From NCBI GenBank assembly GCA_030390025.1, contig JASTWF010000332.1:124001-188000 (forward strand): DNA of 64,000 nt, in the 5' to 3' direction. The position numbers and the translations under genes were made by a program. The notes beneath the pieces were generated by a model. It searched no databases. It saw nothing but the letters and a program-made list of their open reading frames with translations, and had not been told where the DNA came from. Numbering within the stretch: the stretch's first letter is position 1; each line of letters begins with the position of its first letter. Below, piece by piece: positions 1 through 13,398 of the stretch. Source of the DNA: Squalus acanthias (Eukaryota).

Positions 1-199
1 TGAGTGATGATCGGGCCCACCTCAGTCTTACTGAGCCACCCACTGACGGATGAGCTCGGACTTCAGGCCTGGATTTATGGCCCTCCCTTACACAATATTC
101 TGCAATGCCATCCACAATGGGAATCCTTGCAGATAGAAGCACAAGGTACTGGTGTGGGCTTCAACTGCGGACCATCACACACAGAGCAATGCTTCAAGT

Positions 200-562
200 T
201 GGGTTTGCCAACCCTCCAGGATTGGGCCTGGAGTCTCCAGGAACTGAAGATTAATCTCCAGGACACGGCTGCGAGCAACCCTGGGAAAAAAAATCACAGG
301 GGCATTAAAAAAAAAAATCGTGCTTTTCTCATTTTCTTTGAACACCTCTGTTTATTAGCTATAAAAATATGGGAGATGAGGAAAAAAGGGTGTTTGACTG
401 ACAAGACAGGCATCATCCAATTGGGTAATGGAGAGTCTTTTCGCTTTGCTGTTGGTTGTGGGAAGATGGTGCACCGTGAGGATGGGCTGTATTGGGCGAC
501 CAATGGTGGGAGCATGGGGGCGGGACATGTGATGAAACCTCCAGAAATACATGGCAGCCCTA
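200..562 (+). mobile_element. hAT-type MITE, family A copy 1
   Basis: Termini TGGGTTTGCCA...TGGCAGCCCTA; 8-bp flanks CTTCAAGT/CTCCAAGT (7/8); body shared with copies at 27281, 33818 and 46544. Confidence 0.8.
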
Positions 563-1024
563 CTCCAAGTACTTTCTGAGCACAGATCATCGACAAGGCG
601 CACAGCATCCCTGAAGTAAATGGGCAGCAGCTTCACTTATAGTTTAAAAAAGAAAAACCATACAATTAATATCTGCTCTGGATTTTAAAAGCTCCAGAAT
701 GGGGCCTATGAAAATTGCAAACTCTGTAAGGTCTGCGAGGGGTCACAAATTGGTACCTGCAGACTGCAGTCCTCGAGAGGCAGATCCCAAGTTATATTGT
801 CAAAGCAGCACACTGTGATTGCAACGGAGTTCAGTGATACAGGAGCACTACAGTGATACATGCTTGGATTCTTCCAGGCAAGATCATTTTTCATGCTAGG
901 AGAGTCTTACAACAGCAGCCAATTTCTCCTAAAATTATAACAATTTAAAAATACATTTATAAAATTCTTAAAAGGTGCAGCATCTGCAGTTTTAAAACTC
1001 GCTTTAGAATCATACAACACACAA

Positions 1025-1412
1025 GTAATCCAGAGGCCTGGACTGAGGGTCTGAAGAGACAAGTTTAAATCCCACCATGGCAGCTGGGGAATTTAAATTC
1101 AGTTAATTAAGTAAATCTGGAATAAAAAGCTCGTATCAGTAATGGTAACCATGAAACTACTGGATTGTCGTAAAAACCCATCTGGTTCACGAATGTCCTT
1201 TAGGGCAGGAAACTTGCCGTCCTTGCCCGGTCTCTCCTATATGTGACTCCAGACCCACAGCAATGTGGTTGACTCTTAACTGCCCCTCTGAAATGGCCTG
1301 GCAAGCCACTCAGTTGTCAAGAAGGCTCACCACCACCTTCTAAAGGGCAATTAGGGATGGGCAATAAATGCTGGCCTTGCCAGCGACGCCCACATCCCGT
1401 GAATGAATAAAC
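1025..1412 (+). mobile_element. tRNA-derived SINE (family 1) with CR1-group LINE tail
   Basis: Same body as 30128-30460; 3' tail CACCACCTTC..AAGGGCAATTAGGGATGGGCAATAAATGCTGGCCTTGCCAGCGACGCCCACATCCC matches the 3' end of the LINE at 45241-46005. Confidence 0.8.
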
Positions 1413-1419
1413 AAAAACA

Positions 1420-1600
1420 AGGAGGCCATTCAGCCCATCGTGCCTGTGCCGGCTCTTTGGTAGAGCTATCCAATTAGTCCCACTCCCCCTGCTCTTTCCC
1501 CATAGCCCTGCAAATATTTCCCCTTCTAGTATTTACCCAAATCCCTTTTGGAAGTTACGATTGAATCTTGTTCCACCACTCTTTCAGACAATATATTCCA
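1420..1600 (-). mobile_element. CR1 LINE 3' fragment
   Basis: GGAGGCCATTCAGCCCATCG...CATAGCCCTGCAAA matches the CR1 3' ends at 5998 and 50628. Confidence 0.8.
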
Positions 1601-2149
1601 GCTTTGTTGGCTGGAGTTAAACGACAGCTGTCCATTTTGAGACTAGCTCCTAGAGGTGGTCTGGTGCCTTTTGCTTCAGTGCACGCATGAGTAACATTAT
1701 TAACCCGAGATATACTGTCACTGTAACACTGACGTACATGCAAAACTGCTTCACATTGGCACGAAAGTGGCAGTACTACTGTACCTCAAGAAGGACTATG
1801 TATTTATAGATCACTGGATGCTGGGTGGATAGCTATGGGATTATATAGCAGATAGCTTATAAAGAAAGACGTTTTCTGTTCTTCACAAAAGTGCTTAGGT
1901 CTGTGTTCACTTTTTTTTTGGAGGTTTCACCTACAACGCTTGACGGTTCTTCAAAGACCAGGAACAGAGATCGTTTTAGTTATTCTTTTTGAAGTTGTGT
2001 GACATGTCTGATCAAATCAGCACTGATGACAGCATAGATCCTCAAAGCAAATACCATTTTCTTATGAGGAACTGTTCTTTAAAAGGCAATATGTACAAGA
2101 TTAGGCAGCATTTCATCTGTAATTGAACAGGGTATGCACAACATAGTAA

Positions 2150-3090
2150 TAGTTTCAGACAGGAGAAAACCTTTGGTCCATCTAGCCCACCTAGCCACAG
2201 TATTCCTTGGTACAGTTCTAATAAATCCAAATCCTGTTTGTTGACAAGAGCCCATCTCTTTTCTTCTTGAAACTCATTAAGGTTTCTTGTTCCACGGTCT
2301 GTGCCGGTAATCTGTTCCACATAACTTACCACCCTTTCAGTAAAACAGCTCCTCCTGCATTTCTTATTTTCTTTTGTTGTTTTTAAGTTGTAAATATGAC
2401 TCCCCTTGTGCATAAATTCCATACACAGCAGAAAAGCTTACTTGGATCCAATTTGTCCAAGCTTTTCATAATTTTAAACACTTCTGTCATATCCCCTCTC
2501 AGATTTCTCTTTTCAAGAAGACCCAGGGTAGTCAATCTTTCCTCATATGTCATCCCTTACATTCTGGGATCAACCTTGTACCGTTCTTTGTCGCCCTTCC
2601 AAAAACTGAAAATCCTTTTTGAAATAGGGAGACCAAAATTGCACGCAGTACTGCAGATGGGAACACCATCACCTCCAAGTTCCCCTCCAAGTCACACACC
2701 ACCCTGACATGGAAATATATCGCCGTTCCTTCATCGTCGCTGGGTCAAAATCCTGGAACTCCGTATCTAACAGCACTGTTGGCGTACCTTCACCACACGG
2801 ACTGCAGCGGTTCAAGAAAGACACCCACCACCATCTTCTCAAGGGCAACTAGGGATGGAAAATAAATGCTGGCCTTGCCAGCGACACCCACCAGGGCCAA
2901 ATACAGTTTTAAAATGACCTCTCTAGATTTATATGTTATACTCCATGCTGTGCATCCCAACATTCTCTTTGCTTCTTTAACAGACTGGGAACATTTTGCT
3001 GACGGTTTTAACGACGGGTCCACTAAAAGCCCACCACCCCTCTCCAGCTCCGATGCCTCCAGCACATTCCCATTTGACACATAATCCACA
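2150..3090 (-). mobile_element. Old CR1 LINE fragment, interrupted by a LINE-tail insertion at 2660-2893
   Basis: Minus-strand remnants ANRMLG-like/YKSREVILKLY and FTERVV; decayed. Confidence 0.7.
2660..2893 (+). mobile_element. 3' fragment of invertebrate-type CR1-group LINE
   Basis: Reverse complement of 45241-45490. Confidence 0.8.
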
Positions 3091-4112
3091 TCAATCAACA
3101 AAAAGAATTAAGAGAGAGAAATAGCAAAAAAAGTAAATCTTACTTAAAGGAGGCGGAAGGACTGGTGGACGGGAGGGGGACTGGGGGGCAATGTTAATCT
3201 TAACACCACCCCCATTGCCCCACTTCAGCATAAGGAGAGGGAAAGCGGCAACATTTAATCGTGTCCGAAAACAAAGAAATCTCGGGGTCTTTCAACATCC
3301 ATCACTGGGACACCTCAGGATGTGAATGCAGGGTATGACTAGATATGCTGTAACAAAGGACAGAAAGATCTGTAAAAACACAGAGATAGTGGAATGCTTC
3401 AATCAGCTTAAATGCCTTGTACTGCAGAGTGGGCCCTACTCAATCATGCACTATCAGCACCGCTGACAGTTCAAGGTGAACCATCTTTACATATATTTCG
3501 TATAAATAATTCAGCTCCTTTGACAGCTTGTTTTTGCTTTTTTTTCTCCAATTTTTTTTTTTTTAAAGCATTCTGAATTTGTTCTTCGCATAACCCAGCC
3601 AATCAGAATTAATTATTCTATTGAAGCGTCTGCTCAGAGACTTGGGGAGGGGTGGGGTGGTGAAGACTTCTCATGAAATGTGCCATTTTAAATTATTAAA
3701 AGGTCATCAGAGATGGAACATCCCCTCCGTGGGGTAAACCTTTGTGAAATAAACAATTTATATGCAGGTTACTACCATTTGCCATCAATCTTAACTGACT
3801 AATTCGATTAGAATCGGTTTAAATTTCATTTCAGTAAAAGCTTTAGTGTTGTTTGCTGTGTTACTATTCCAATGAATTTGCATTTCCCACAGTTACAGGA
3901 AAGTTTTGCTGATTTATAACAGGAGCCTGTACCCACAATCTGCCAGAGTACTGCAGGCGCTGCAGTAACTCAAAGGGACAACGATATCTCCAAGAGATCA
4001 GCTAGTTGTGGCACAATTTACATCCATTCCTTTCTAAATGATCCACATAGTTCCACTGGGCAGTTTTCCACACATTTCCAAAATAGGAGTGGAAGTGTCA
4101 TTATCTGAATCA

Positions 4113-4590
4113 GTCAGCTGTGGCTCAGTGGGTAGCACTCTCACCTCGGAGTCAGAAGGTTGTGGACTCAGGTCAGAGACTTGGGCACATAATCTAGGCT
4201 GACACTTCAGTGCAGTACTGAGGGAGTGCTGCACTGTCTGAAGTGTCATCATTCGGATGAGATGTTAAATTGAGGCCCCCCCCCCTCCCCCCACCGTCTG
4301 CCCTCTCATGTGGATGCAAAAGATCCTATGGCACTATTTCGAAGTATGCAGCGGAGTTCTCCCCAGTGTCCTGGCCAATATTTATCCCTCAACTAACAGC
4401 TAAAAACAGATTAGCTGGTCATTATCTCATTGCTGTTTGTGGGACCTTGCTGTACGCAAATGTTGCCGTGTTTCCTACATTACAACAGTGACTACACTTC
4501 AAAAGTACTTCACTGGTTGCAAACCGCTTGAGGACATCCTGAGGCCATGAAAGGCACTATATAAATAGAAGTCTTTCTTTCTTTTTTCTT
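4113..4590 (+). mobile_element. DeuSINE (SacSINE1-like), full length
   Basis: tRNA-like head TGGCTCAGTGGGTAGCAC, Deu-type core GATCCTATGGCACTATTTCGAAG...CCTGGCCAATATTTATCCCTC, L2-like tail and (CTTT)n end; several copies in window. Confidence 0.85.
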
Positions 4591-5997
4591 TCTCTCACCT
4601 ATCATTTAATAAGCTTTGGGAGTAGGATACTAATGAAGGAACGGTTCTTCAATCATGCACCTTAACTGCTATACAGAGCGTGTGAGTAGCTATCAGTAAC
4701 TTATCCTCTTATTGTTAAGTAATGCTCGCCCAGTCACAGCAACCAAGTTATACTGGTCACACTAAACTGAGCACAGTGTGATTCGGAACAAGCTGGGACA
4801 CCACTGTGTATGAGCAGGCAAATACATGTTGAGTCATCTCTCGCGCACCTATCCACGGATGTGTAAAGCTGCTTCGCATTGGCTACTGTTCTAAGGTATT
4901 GAACTTACCCAACCAGGAAGTTAGAAGGCGATATCAATACGAGTTGTGGCACTGAATCCTGGGTGTCGTCAGTTCCAGCCGTCATTCTGGGCCCAACAGC
5001 ACATAGCTCCATTGCCAGACTACCACCTTGGGCAGTGCACAGTATATTTTGTGCAGCCAGAACACATCTAGATTTGGGATGTCTATGCAATCAGTTTCTG
5101 CCACATTTATGTCATTGCAGTGCTACACGGGAAATCGGCAAATCAACGCAGGGCAAATAGACAAGAGAACATGCCTATCTGTGACAAACCGTTCATTGTG
5201 AAGAGTAGGGGGTAGATCTTGACTTTGTGGGATAGTGTAAAATGGGCGATAGCCTGTTTTATATTTCTCCCCATTTATATTTCCATTGATTTCAGTAGAT
5301 GAGAGGGCATGTAGTAGATTGGATGGAGGGTTAAGGGTGAGGTGAATGGAGGATAGAGGGGTTGAGCAGTTACTTCAACAGGATGATGTAGGGGTTGTGA
5401 TGAGAGTGAGGGGGAGTACAAAGGGGAATGGGGAGTGCAATGGTGGAGGGGGGCGGTGATTGGAGTGAGGGGGTGGGAATGGGAAGGAAGCCACTGAATG
5501 TTACATTTTTCCTGCAACCCCACCATAAATGGATCCTTGAGCCATTGGTGGTTGCTTTCCCCGCCACACCAGGCCACCCACCTAAATGGAAAAGAAGGAA
5601 GAGAGAGAAGCAGAAAGAATTAAGGGGAGAGAAGCAGAAGAGAAGAAAGGGACAGAAGCAGAAGAGGAGAAACAGCAGCACCAAGACATCAGAGACAGCT
5701 AAGAGTGGCCACAATCTCCAGTTTATCGTGAATCGAGCTACACTTCAGATGCCATACTTTGTATGAAACAACAAAAATCACATCTGTGAATCTTAAAATA
5801 AAATGAAGTACACAAAAACTTCTGTCACTACAGCCGCGAGCCCCAAATAGCATATTGTCTTCCTGGTGCCAGGGTTAAGAGATATAATGGAGAGGTTTTG
5901 AGTGTGTGCGGAATCTTGAGCTTGGCTGTTGGCCTTGCTCTCTTGTCCTGCTACGCACTGGGCTAAAAATCAAAAGTGCACCAGTTGATTTTTCAGT

Positions 5998-7914
5998 CAT
6001 AGAATCATAGAATGGTTACAGCACAGAAGGAGGCCATTCAGCCTGTTGAGCCCATGCCGGCTCTCTGCAAGAGCACTTAAGCTAGTCCAACTCCCCCGCC
6101 TTTTCCCTGTCGCCCTGCAAATTTCTTTCCTTCAGGTACTTTCCAATTCCTTTATGAAAGCCATGATTGAATCGGCCACCACCACCCTTTCAGGCAGTGA
6201 ATTCCAGAACTTAACCACTCGCCGCTCAAACAAGTTTTTCCTCATGTCGCCTTTGGTTCTTCTGCCAATCACCTTAAATCTGTGTCCTCTGGTTCTCGAT
6301 CCTTCTGCCAATGGGAACAGTTTCTCTCTATCTACTCTGTCTAGACCCCTCATGATTTTGAACACCTCTATCACATCTCCTCTCAACCTGTTCCAAGGAG
6401 AACAAACCCAGCTTCTCCAGTCTATCCACATAACTGAAGTCCCTCATCCCTGGAACCATTCTTGTAAATCTTTTCTGCAACCTCTCTAAGGTCTTCGTAT
6501 CCTTCCTAAAGTGCGGTGCCCAGAATTGGACACAATACTCCAGCTGAGGCTGAACCAATGTTTTATAAAAGTTCATCATAACTTCCTTGCTTTTATACTC
6601 CATGCCTCTATTCATAAAGCCCAGGATCCCGTAAGCTTTTTTAGCCGCTTTCTCAACCTGCCCTGCCACCTTCAACGATTTGTACACATATACCCCCAAC
6701 CCCAGGACTCTGTTTATGCACCCCCTTTAGAATTGTATCTTTTAGTTTATATCACCTCTCTTCATTCTTCCTACCAAAATGTATCACTTCGCACTTTTCT
6801 GCATTAAATTTCATCTTCCACGTGTCCGCCCATTCCACCAGCCTGTCTATGTCCTCTTGAAGTCCATCACTATCCTCTTCACTATACTTCCAAGTTTGTT
6901 GTCATCTGTAAATTTTGCAATTTTGCCTCCTCACCCAAGTCAAAGTCATTAATATACATCAAGAAAAGCAGTGGTCCTAGTACCGACCCTTGGGGAGCAC
7001 CACTGTGTACTTTCCTCCAGTCCAAAAAACAACCATTCACCACTACTCTCTGTTTCCTTCACTTAGCCAATCTCATATCCATGCTGCTACTGTCCCTTTT
7101 ATTCCATGGGCTTCAACTTTGCTGGCAAGCCTATTATGTGGCACTTTATCAAACGCCTTTTGGAAGTCCAGGTACACCACATCAACCCTCTGTTAACTCA
7201 TCAAAAAATTCAATCAGGTTAGTTAAACCTAATTTGCCTTTAACAAATCCATGCTGGCTTTCCTTAATTAATCCACACTTGTCCAAGTGACTGTTAATTT
7301 TGTCCCAGATTATCATTTCTAAAAGCTTCCCCACTACCGAGGTTAAACTGACTGGCCTGTAGTTGCTGGGTTTATTATTCCTTACACCCTTTTTTGAACA
7401 AGGGTGTAACATTTGCAATTCTCCAGTCCTCTGGCACCACCCCCCGTATCTAAGGAGGATTGGAAGATTATGGCCAGTACCTCCGCAAATTCCAGGTTCA
7501 CTTCTCTCAGCATCCTAGGATGCATCTCATCCGGTCCTGGTGACTTATCTACTTTAAGTACAGCCAGCCTTTCTAGTACCTCCTCATCATCAATTTTTAT
7601 CCCATCCAGTATCTCAACTACCTCCTCTTTCACTATGACTTTGGCATCATCTTCTTCCTTCGTAAAGACAGACGCAAAGTACTCATTTAGTACCTCAGCC
7701 TTGCCCTCTGCCTCCATGCGTAGGTTTCCTTTTTGGTCCCTAATCAGCCCCACCCCTCCTCTTACTACCCGTTTACTATTTATATGTCTATAAAATACTT
7801 TTGGATTCCCTTTTGTGACAGCTGGCAATCTATTCTCATACTCTCTCTTTGCCCCTCTTATTTCCTTTTTCACTTCCCCTCTGAACTTTCTATATTCAGC
7901 CTGGTTCTCACTTG
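5998..7914 (-). mobile_element. CR1 LINE family A, 5'-truncated, frameshifted RT
   Basis: Minus ORFs NYRPVSLTSVVGK, SQHGFVKG, LEYCVQFWAPH; ends in (ATTCTATG)n tail. Confidence 0.95.
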
Positions 7915-8699
7915 CCTCCTTGGGTTATCTCTCTTAGTCTCGGAATGCATGCTGCCATCTCCCACTCAATGATACCTCGCCCTGCCGTTGCCACCTACCT
8001 CTCTGCTGTCAACTCCACTTTTAACACTTTCTTCCGAGTCTTCTCGTGGATCTCCTCCAATCCTGGAGCCATTATACCTCCTGTTACTGAGCCTTCCCTG
8101 ATTCTGGAGCCGCAATCCTTCCCATTCCTGGGCCTCTCCAATCCTGGAGCCATCATGGCAGTCCTGCTCTCGATTCCGCAAGCAGCTGGCACTAGCCATA
8201 AACTTCCAATACCCACATGTTCGTGTCTAATTGATCTGTTTAGACCACTTTCCCACAGGGAGTATGTGACCAATAGCCTTAAAGGGACCGGCCTTATTAG
8301 CAGCTACCCATTACAGCTGTGATCCAGACCTCAAACAACCCATGAGCAATACTGAGGGAGATCCAGTTAGTGTTAGCTAAAATCTGCAGAAGAATAACAT
8401 TTTACAGCAAACTAGCAATGATATTCAGGAACTGGGTCTGTATTGTCAAGCCTTCTCTTCCTCCTGAAGTTTGAATGAGCTTGTTTTCGGGATTGAGTTG
8501 AGGTTTCAATCGAAATACTTCTTGCAACTAAAAGGAGACCCTTCAAACATTTCCACCTACTGTTTCCTCCTTCTGCCCATTCTCTCTTACTTGTATTTTT
8601 TTTAAATCAGTTACATGATGAATTGGGTTTTGCCTGGTATACCTCGTTCAGAAGCAGTGCCCACGCACGCACCAACCCCAAGCCAAACACTGTAAACTC

Positions 8700-8909
8700 G
8701 GAAACAAAAAGGGGAATACTGCAGATTCTGGAGATCGGAAATGAAAACAAAAACTACTGGGAACACACAGCAGGTCTGTGAAGAAAGGAAGGTAAGGGTT
8801 AACTTTTCAGGTCTATGAAGGTCACTGACTTGCAATGTGAACCCTACCTTCCTCTCTCCAAGGGTGCTGCCTGACCTGCTGAGTCTTTCAAGATTTTTCG
8901 TTTTAATCC
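8700..8909. mobile_element. Decayed Penelope pLTR inverted pair
   Basis: Two inverted halves similar to 37514-37650; flanks CTGTAAACTC/CTGTAAATTC. Confidence 0.6.
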
Positions 8910-9156
8910 CTGTAAATTCTATTTATTCAATCTGCTATCAGCACCATACACCATCTACACACTGAAACTGAAGTGCACTGGGGATTTTTTTTTTTTTAAA
9001 AAGAGAAGTCCTTTGGATTGTTCCATTCTTCTGAGAACTGAGTTAAGAGATATGAAAGAAGCTGGTTTTACTTGGAATCCGGAAAATGTTGCTTGATCCT
9101 TGAAACCTGGAAGGGCTGTATGAGAGAGACCTTGCTCAGAGCTTGAAATGGCCTAG

Positions 9157-9188
9157 GTTACCATAGCAACAGTACTGGAATGACGTCC
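9157..9188. promoter_or_regulatory. RFX X-box with adjacent CRE-like motif
   Basis: GTTACCATAGCAAC (9157-9170) fits the X-box consensus; TGACGTCC at 9181. Confidence 0.4.
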
Positions 9189-10029
9189 GATGACTTCTCT
9201 ATCAAATCAAAAGGTAGCACTGAAGAACACGATTTGGTTATAGTTATTTAGATTGGACCACTCCAAAAGAACGATTGCCACAAAAAGGTTTAGAAACAAA
9301 AACCAAGTATTTAACAAAAAAAAATCTTCAGAAGTTAAGTATTTCCATTAAGTGCATGAATGTTCATACAGAAAAAGAACATTCCATTTTTCACCAGGAA
9401 AACCCTGGAGTAATGTTTTGAGTTAGGTAGAGTCCCCGTTTTCAGATGTTAACTAACGCTGCGTAGATGGTGTGATGTCATGATGCCATCATCATTGTAA
9501 TGACGGACTATTGTTCAGAGGAGGAGGATACAGCACCTTGCTCGAGTTCTAGCCCAATCCTTTTGTGCAGAGAGGGAAATGCACTCAGAAAATACATTAA
9601 AATGTTGGCAGCACAATGATACACCGTTGGAGCACCACAGATATCACACCACAGAGTGATAGCAGGCAGGTTCAATCTCCCTGCTATACGGAGTTCTCAA
9701 TCTTGGCCCCTCCATTACGGGGAGGGGCCCACCAAGTGGAGGCCGGGGATCACCCCCACTGAGGAGCAGCAGGAGGAGGTGGCAGAGTGGGGAGAAGGCA
9801 AGAGTAGCAGAAAAATCTGGAGATCTTTTTCTGGGCTGCTCTTGGTATGTCTCTTATAGCCAACCGAGACTGGCATTGACAGTGGTCTGGGAGCAGGCCA
9901 CATGCAGTGCCTCGGAGATACAGAAAGTCCATGTCCCAAAAAGGGACTTGGAAGGGTAGAAAAACCAGAGGTGGGGTAATAGAATTAAAATACCCTGTCA
10001 AAAGGAAAAGGAAAGATACGATTGAACAG

Positions 10030-10216
10030 GCTGGGGCTCTTTTCTCTAGAATATTTAAATTGCCAACCTGCCTTCTGGGAACGGGTTGGCTGGTTGTCCC
10101 TTGGCCCACCTCCGTAAAACCCAGAAGTAGGCGGGTTGGGGTCGGGGTTTGGAATTTTAAAATTGTCACCCCCCCACCCGCCTCCAACCCACCTGTTTGT
10201 GTGCTAAAATACCCTG
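10030..10216 (+). mobile_element. Harbinger-like MITE 3' part (same family as 16899-17502)
   Basis: AATATTTAAATTGCCAACCTGCC...CCCAGAAGT...GGGTTGGGGTCGGG...TGTGCTAAAAT shared with 17330-17500. Confidence 0.65.
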
Positions 10217-10314
10217 CAGGATCTTTACTGAATGGCCTTCAAAACAGAAAATATTACCTTAATAAGTAACACCAATTTTAAAAGTCTTCCAGTTTACAAA
10301 TGACAAAAGGCTTG

Positions 10315-13300
10315 TACAGGTGGGACCTGTACAGGCTGGACGTGTTGCACCTCAACAGAGCTGGGACCAATGTCCTCGCAGCGGGGGGGGGGGGGGGGGT
10401 TTAAACTAATTTAACAGGGGTATGTGCACCAGGATGTAGCATTAGAAAGGAGAAACAAGGTGCACAAAGGATTGGGAGAGACAGATAGCACTAGAGTAAG
10501 AAATAGTACGGCATTAGCTGGGGTCAGACTAAGAGAATACAAGGTCTAAGATAGGTTTACAGTGCATGTGTGTGAATGCACGAAGTGTGGTAAATAAGGT
10601 TGGTGAGCTGCAGGCGCAAACAGACATATGGAAATATGATGTCGTGGCGATAACGGAGACCTGGCTCAAAAAAGGGCAAGATTGGGTATTAAATATTCCT
10701 GGATATAAGGTGTTCAGGAAAGATAGGGAAGGAAAGAAAGGTGGGGTGGCAGTATTGATTAAGGAGAATATTACAGTGCTGGAGAGAGAGGAAGTCTTGG
10801 AGGGGTCAAGGACAGAATCTATTTGGTTAGAGTTGAGAAACAATAAAGATGCCATTACACTACTAGGTGTATTCCATAGGCCGCCAACTAGTGGGAAGGA
10901 TATAGAGGAGCAAATTTGCAGGGAAATTACAGAGAGGTGCAAGAACTATAGCATAGTGATAATGGGGGCCTTCAACTATCTTAATTTAGACTGGGATAGT
11001 AATAGTGTAATGGACAGAGAGGGGGAAGAATTTCTGTTGTGTGTTCAGGAGAACTTTCTTGATCAGTACTTTTTCGGCCCAATGAGGAAGGAGGCATTGC
11101 AGGATCTGGGGAATGAGGTAGGTCAAGTAGAGCAAGTGTCAGTAGGAGAACATTTAGGGAACAGTGATCATAGTATCATAAGGTTTAGACTAGCTATGGA
11201 AAAGGACAGGGAGCAATCTAAAGTAAAAATACTTAATTGGAGGAAAGCCAATTTCAGTGGGTTGAGAATAGATCTGGCCCGGGTAAATTGGAATCAAAGA
11301 CTGGCAGGCAAAACTGTAATCAAACAATGGGCTGCCTTTAAAGAGGAGATGGTTCGGGTACAATCGAGGTACATTCCCATGAGGGGGAAAGGTAGGGCAA
11401 ACAAAGCCAGAGCTCCCTGGATGACGAAAGAGAGAGAGAGAGAGAGAGAGAGAAAGATAAAGCAGGAAAAGGGGGTGTATGACAGATGCCAGGTTGAGAA
11501 TACAAGTAAGAAACAGGCTGAATATAGAAAGTTCAGAGGGGAAGTGAAAAAGGAAAGAAGAGGTGCAAAGAGAGAGTATGAGAATAGATTAGCAGCATAC
11601 ATAAAAGGGAATCCTAAAGTCTTCTATAGGCATATAAATAGTAAAACGGGTAGTAAGAGGCGGGGTGGGGCCAATTAGGGACCAAAATGGAGACCTACGC
11701 ATGGAGGCAGAGAGCATGGCTGAGGTACTAAATGAGTACTTTGCATCTGTCTTTAACAAGGAAGAAGATGCTGCCAAAGTCACAGTGAAAGAGGAGGTAG
11801 TTGAGATACTGGATGGGATAAAAATTGATAAGGAGGAGGTACTAGAAAGGCTGGCTGTACTTAAAGTAGATAAGTCACCAGGACCAGATGAGATGCATCC
11901 TAGGATGCTGAGGGAAGTAAAGGTGGAAATTGCGGAGGTACTGGCCATAATTTTCCAATCCTCCTTAGATACGGGGGGTGGTGCCAGAGGACTGGAGAAT
12001 TGCAAATGCTACACCCATGTTCAAAAAAGGTTGCAAGGTTAATCCCAGCAACTACAGGCCAGTCAGTTTAGCCTCGCTAGTGGGGAAGCTTTTAGAAACG
12101 ATAATCCGGGACAAAATTAACAGTCACTTGGACAAATGTGGATTAATTAAGGAAAGCCAGCACGGATTTGTCAAAGGCATATCGTGTTTAACTAACTTGA
12201 TTGAGTTTTTTGATGAGGTAACAGAGAGGGTTGATGAGGGCAATGCGGTTGATGTGGTGTACATGGACTTCCAAAAGGCGTTTGATAAAGTGCCACATAA
12301 TAGGCTTGCCAGCAAAGTTGAAGCCCATGGAATAAAAGGGACAGTGGCTACGAAATTGGCTAAGTGACAGGAAACAGAGAGTAGTGGTGAATGGTTGTTT
12401 TTCGGACTGGTGGAAAGTATACAGTGGTGTTACCCAGGAATCGGGACTAGGACCACTGTTTTTCTTGACATATATTAATGACTTAGATTTGGGTGTACAG
12501 GGCACAATTTCAAAATTTGCAGATGACACAAAATTTGGAAGTATAGTGAACAGTGAGGAGGATAGTGATAGCCTTCAGAAGACATAGACAGGCTGGTGGA
12601 ATGGGTGGACACATGACAGATGAAATTTAACACAGAAAAGTGCGAAGTGATACATTTTGGTAGGAAGAACGAGGAGAGGCAATATAAACTAAAGGGTACA
12701 ATTCTAAAAGGGGTGCATGAACCAAGAGTCCTGGGGGTATATGTGAGAAAGCGGTTAAAAAAGCATACAGGATCCTGGGCTTCATAAATAGAAGCATAGA
12801 GTACAAAAGCAAGGAAGTTATAATGAACCTTTATAAAACACTGGTTCAGCCTCAACTGGAGTATTGTGTCTAATTCTGGGCACCGCACTTTAGGAAGGAT
12901 GTGTTGACCTTAGAGAGGGTGCAGAAAAGATTTACAAGAATGGTTCCAGGGATGAGGGACTTCAGTTACGTAGATAGACTGGAGAAGCTGGGTTTGTTCT
13001 CCTTAGGAGCAGGTTGAGAGATTTGATAGAGCTGTTCATAATCATGAGGGGTCTGGACAGAGTAGATAGAGAGAAGCTGCTTCCATTGGCAGAAGGGTTG
13101 AGAACCAGAGGACACAGATTTAAGGTGATTGGCAGAAGAACCAAAGGCGACATGAGGGAAAACTTTTTTACGCAGTGAGTGGTTAGGAACTGGAATTCAC
13201 TGCCTGAAAACGTGGTGGAGGCAGATTCAATTGTGGCTTTCAAAAGGGAATTGGATAAGTACCTGAAGGAAAGAAATTTGCAGGGCTACGGAAAAAGGGC

Positions 13301-13398
13301 GGGGGAGTTGGACTAGCTGAAGTGCTCTTGCAGCGAGCCGGCACGGGCTCAACAGGCCGAATGGTCTCCTGCTGTGCTGTAACCATTCTATGATTCTA
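10315..13398 (+). mobile_element. CR1 LINE family A: end of ORF1 (esterase-like), ORF2 and 3' tail
   Basis: WDLYRLDVLHLNRAGTNVLA (ORF1 C-terminus), APE domain, RT motifs VYMDFQKAFD and FADD, tail ATTCTATGATTCT; several frameshifts. Confidence 0.95.
10566..11678 (+). pseudogene. CR1 ORF2 apurinic endonuclease domain (370 aa, then frameshifted)
   Basis: NARS, ITETWL, GGVA, degraded GDFN (GAFN) and SDH motifs. Confidence 0.9.

Noticed and set aside
4..579. 191-aa ORF
   Set aside because: It runs through a hAT MITE and has no recognisable domain.
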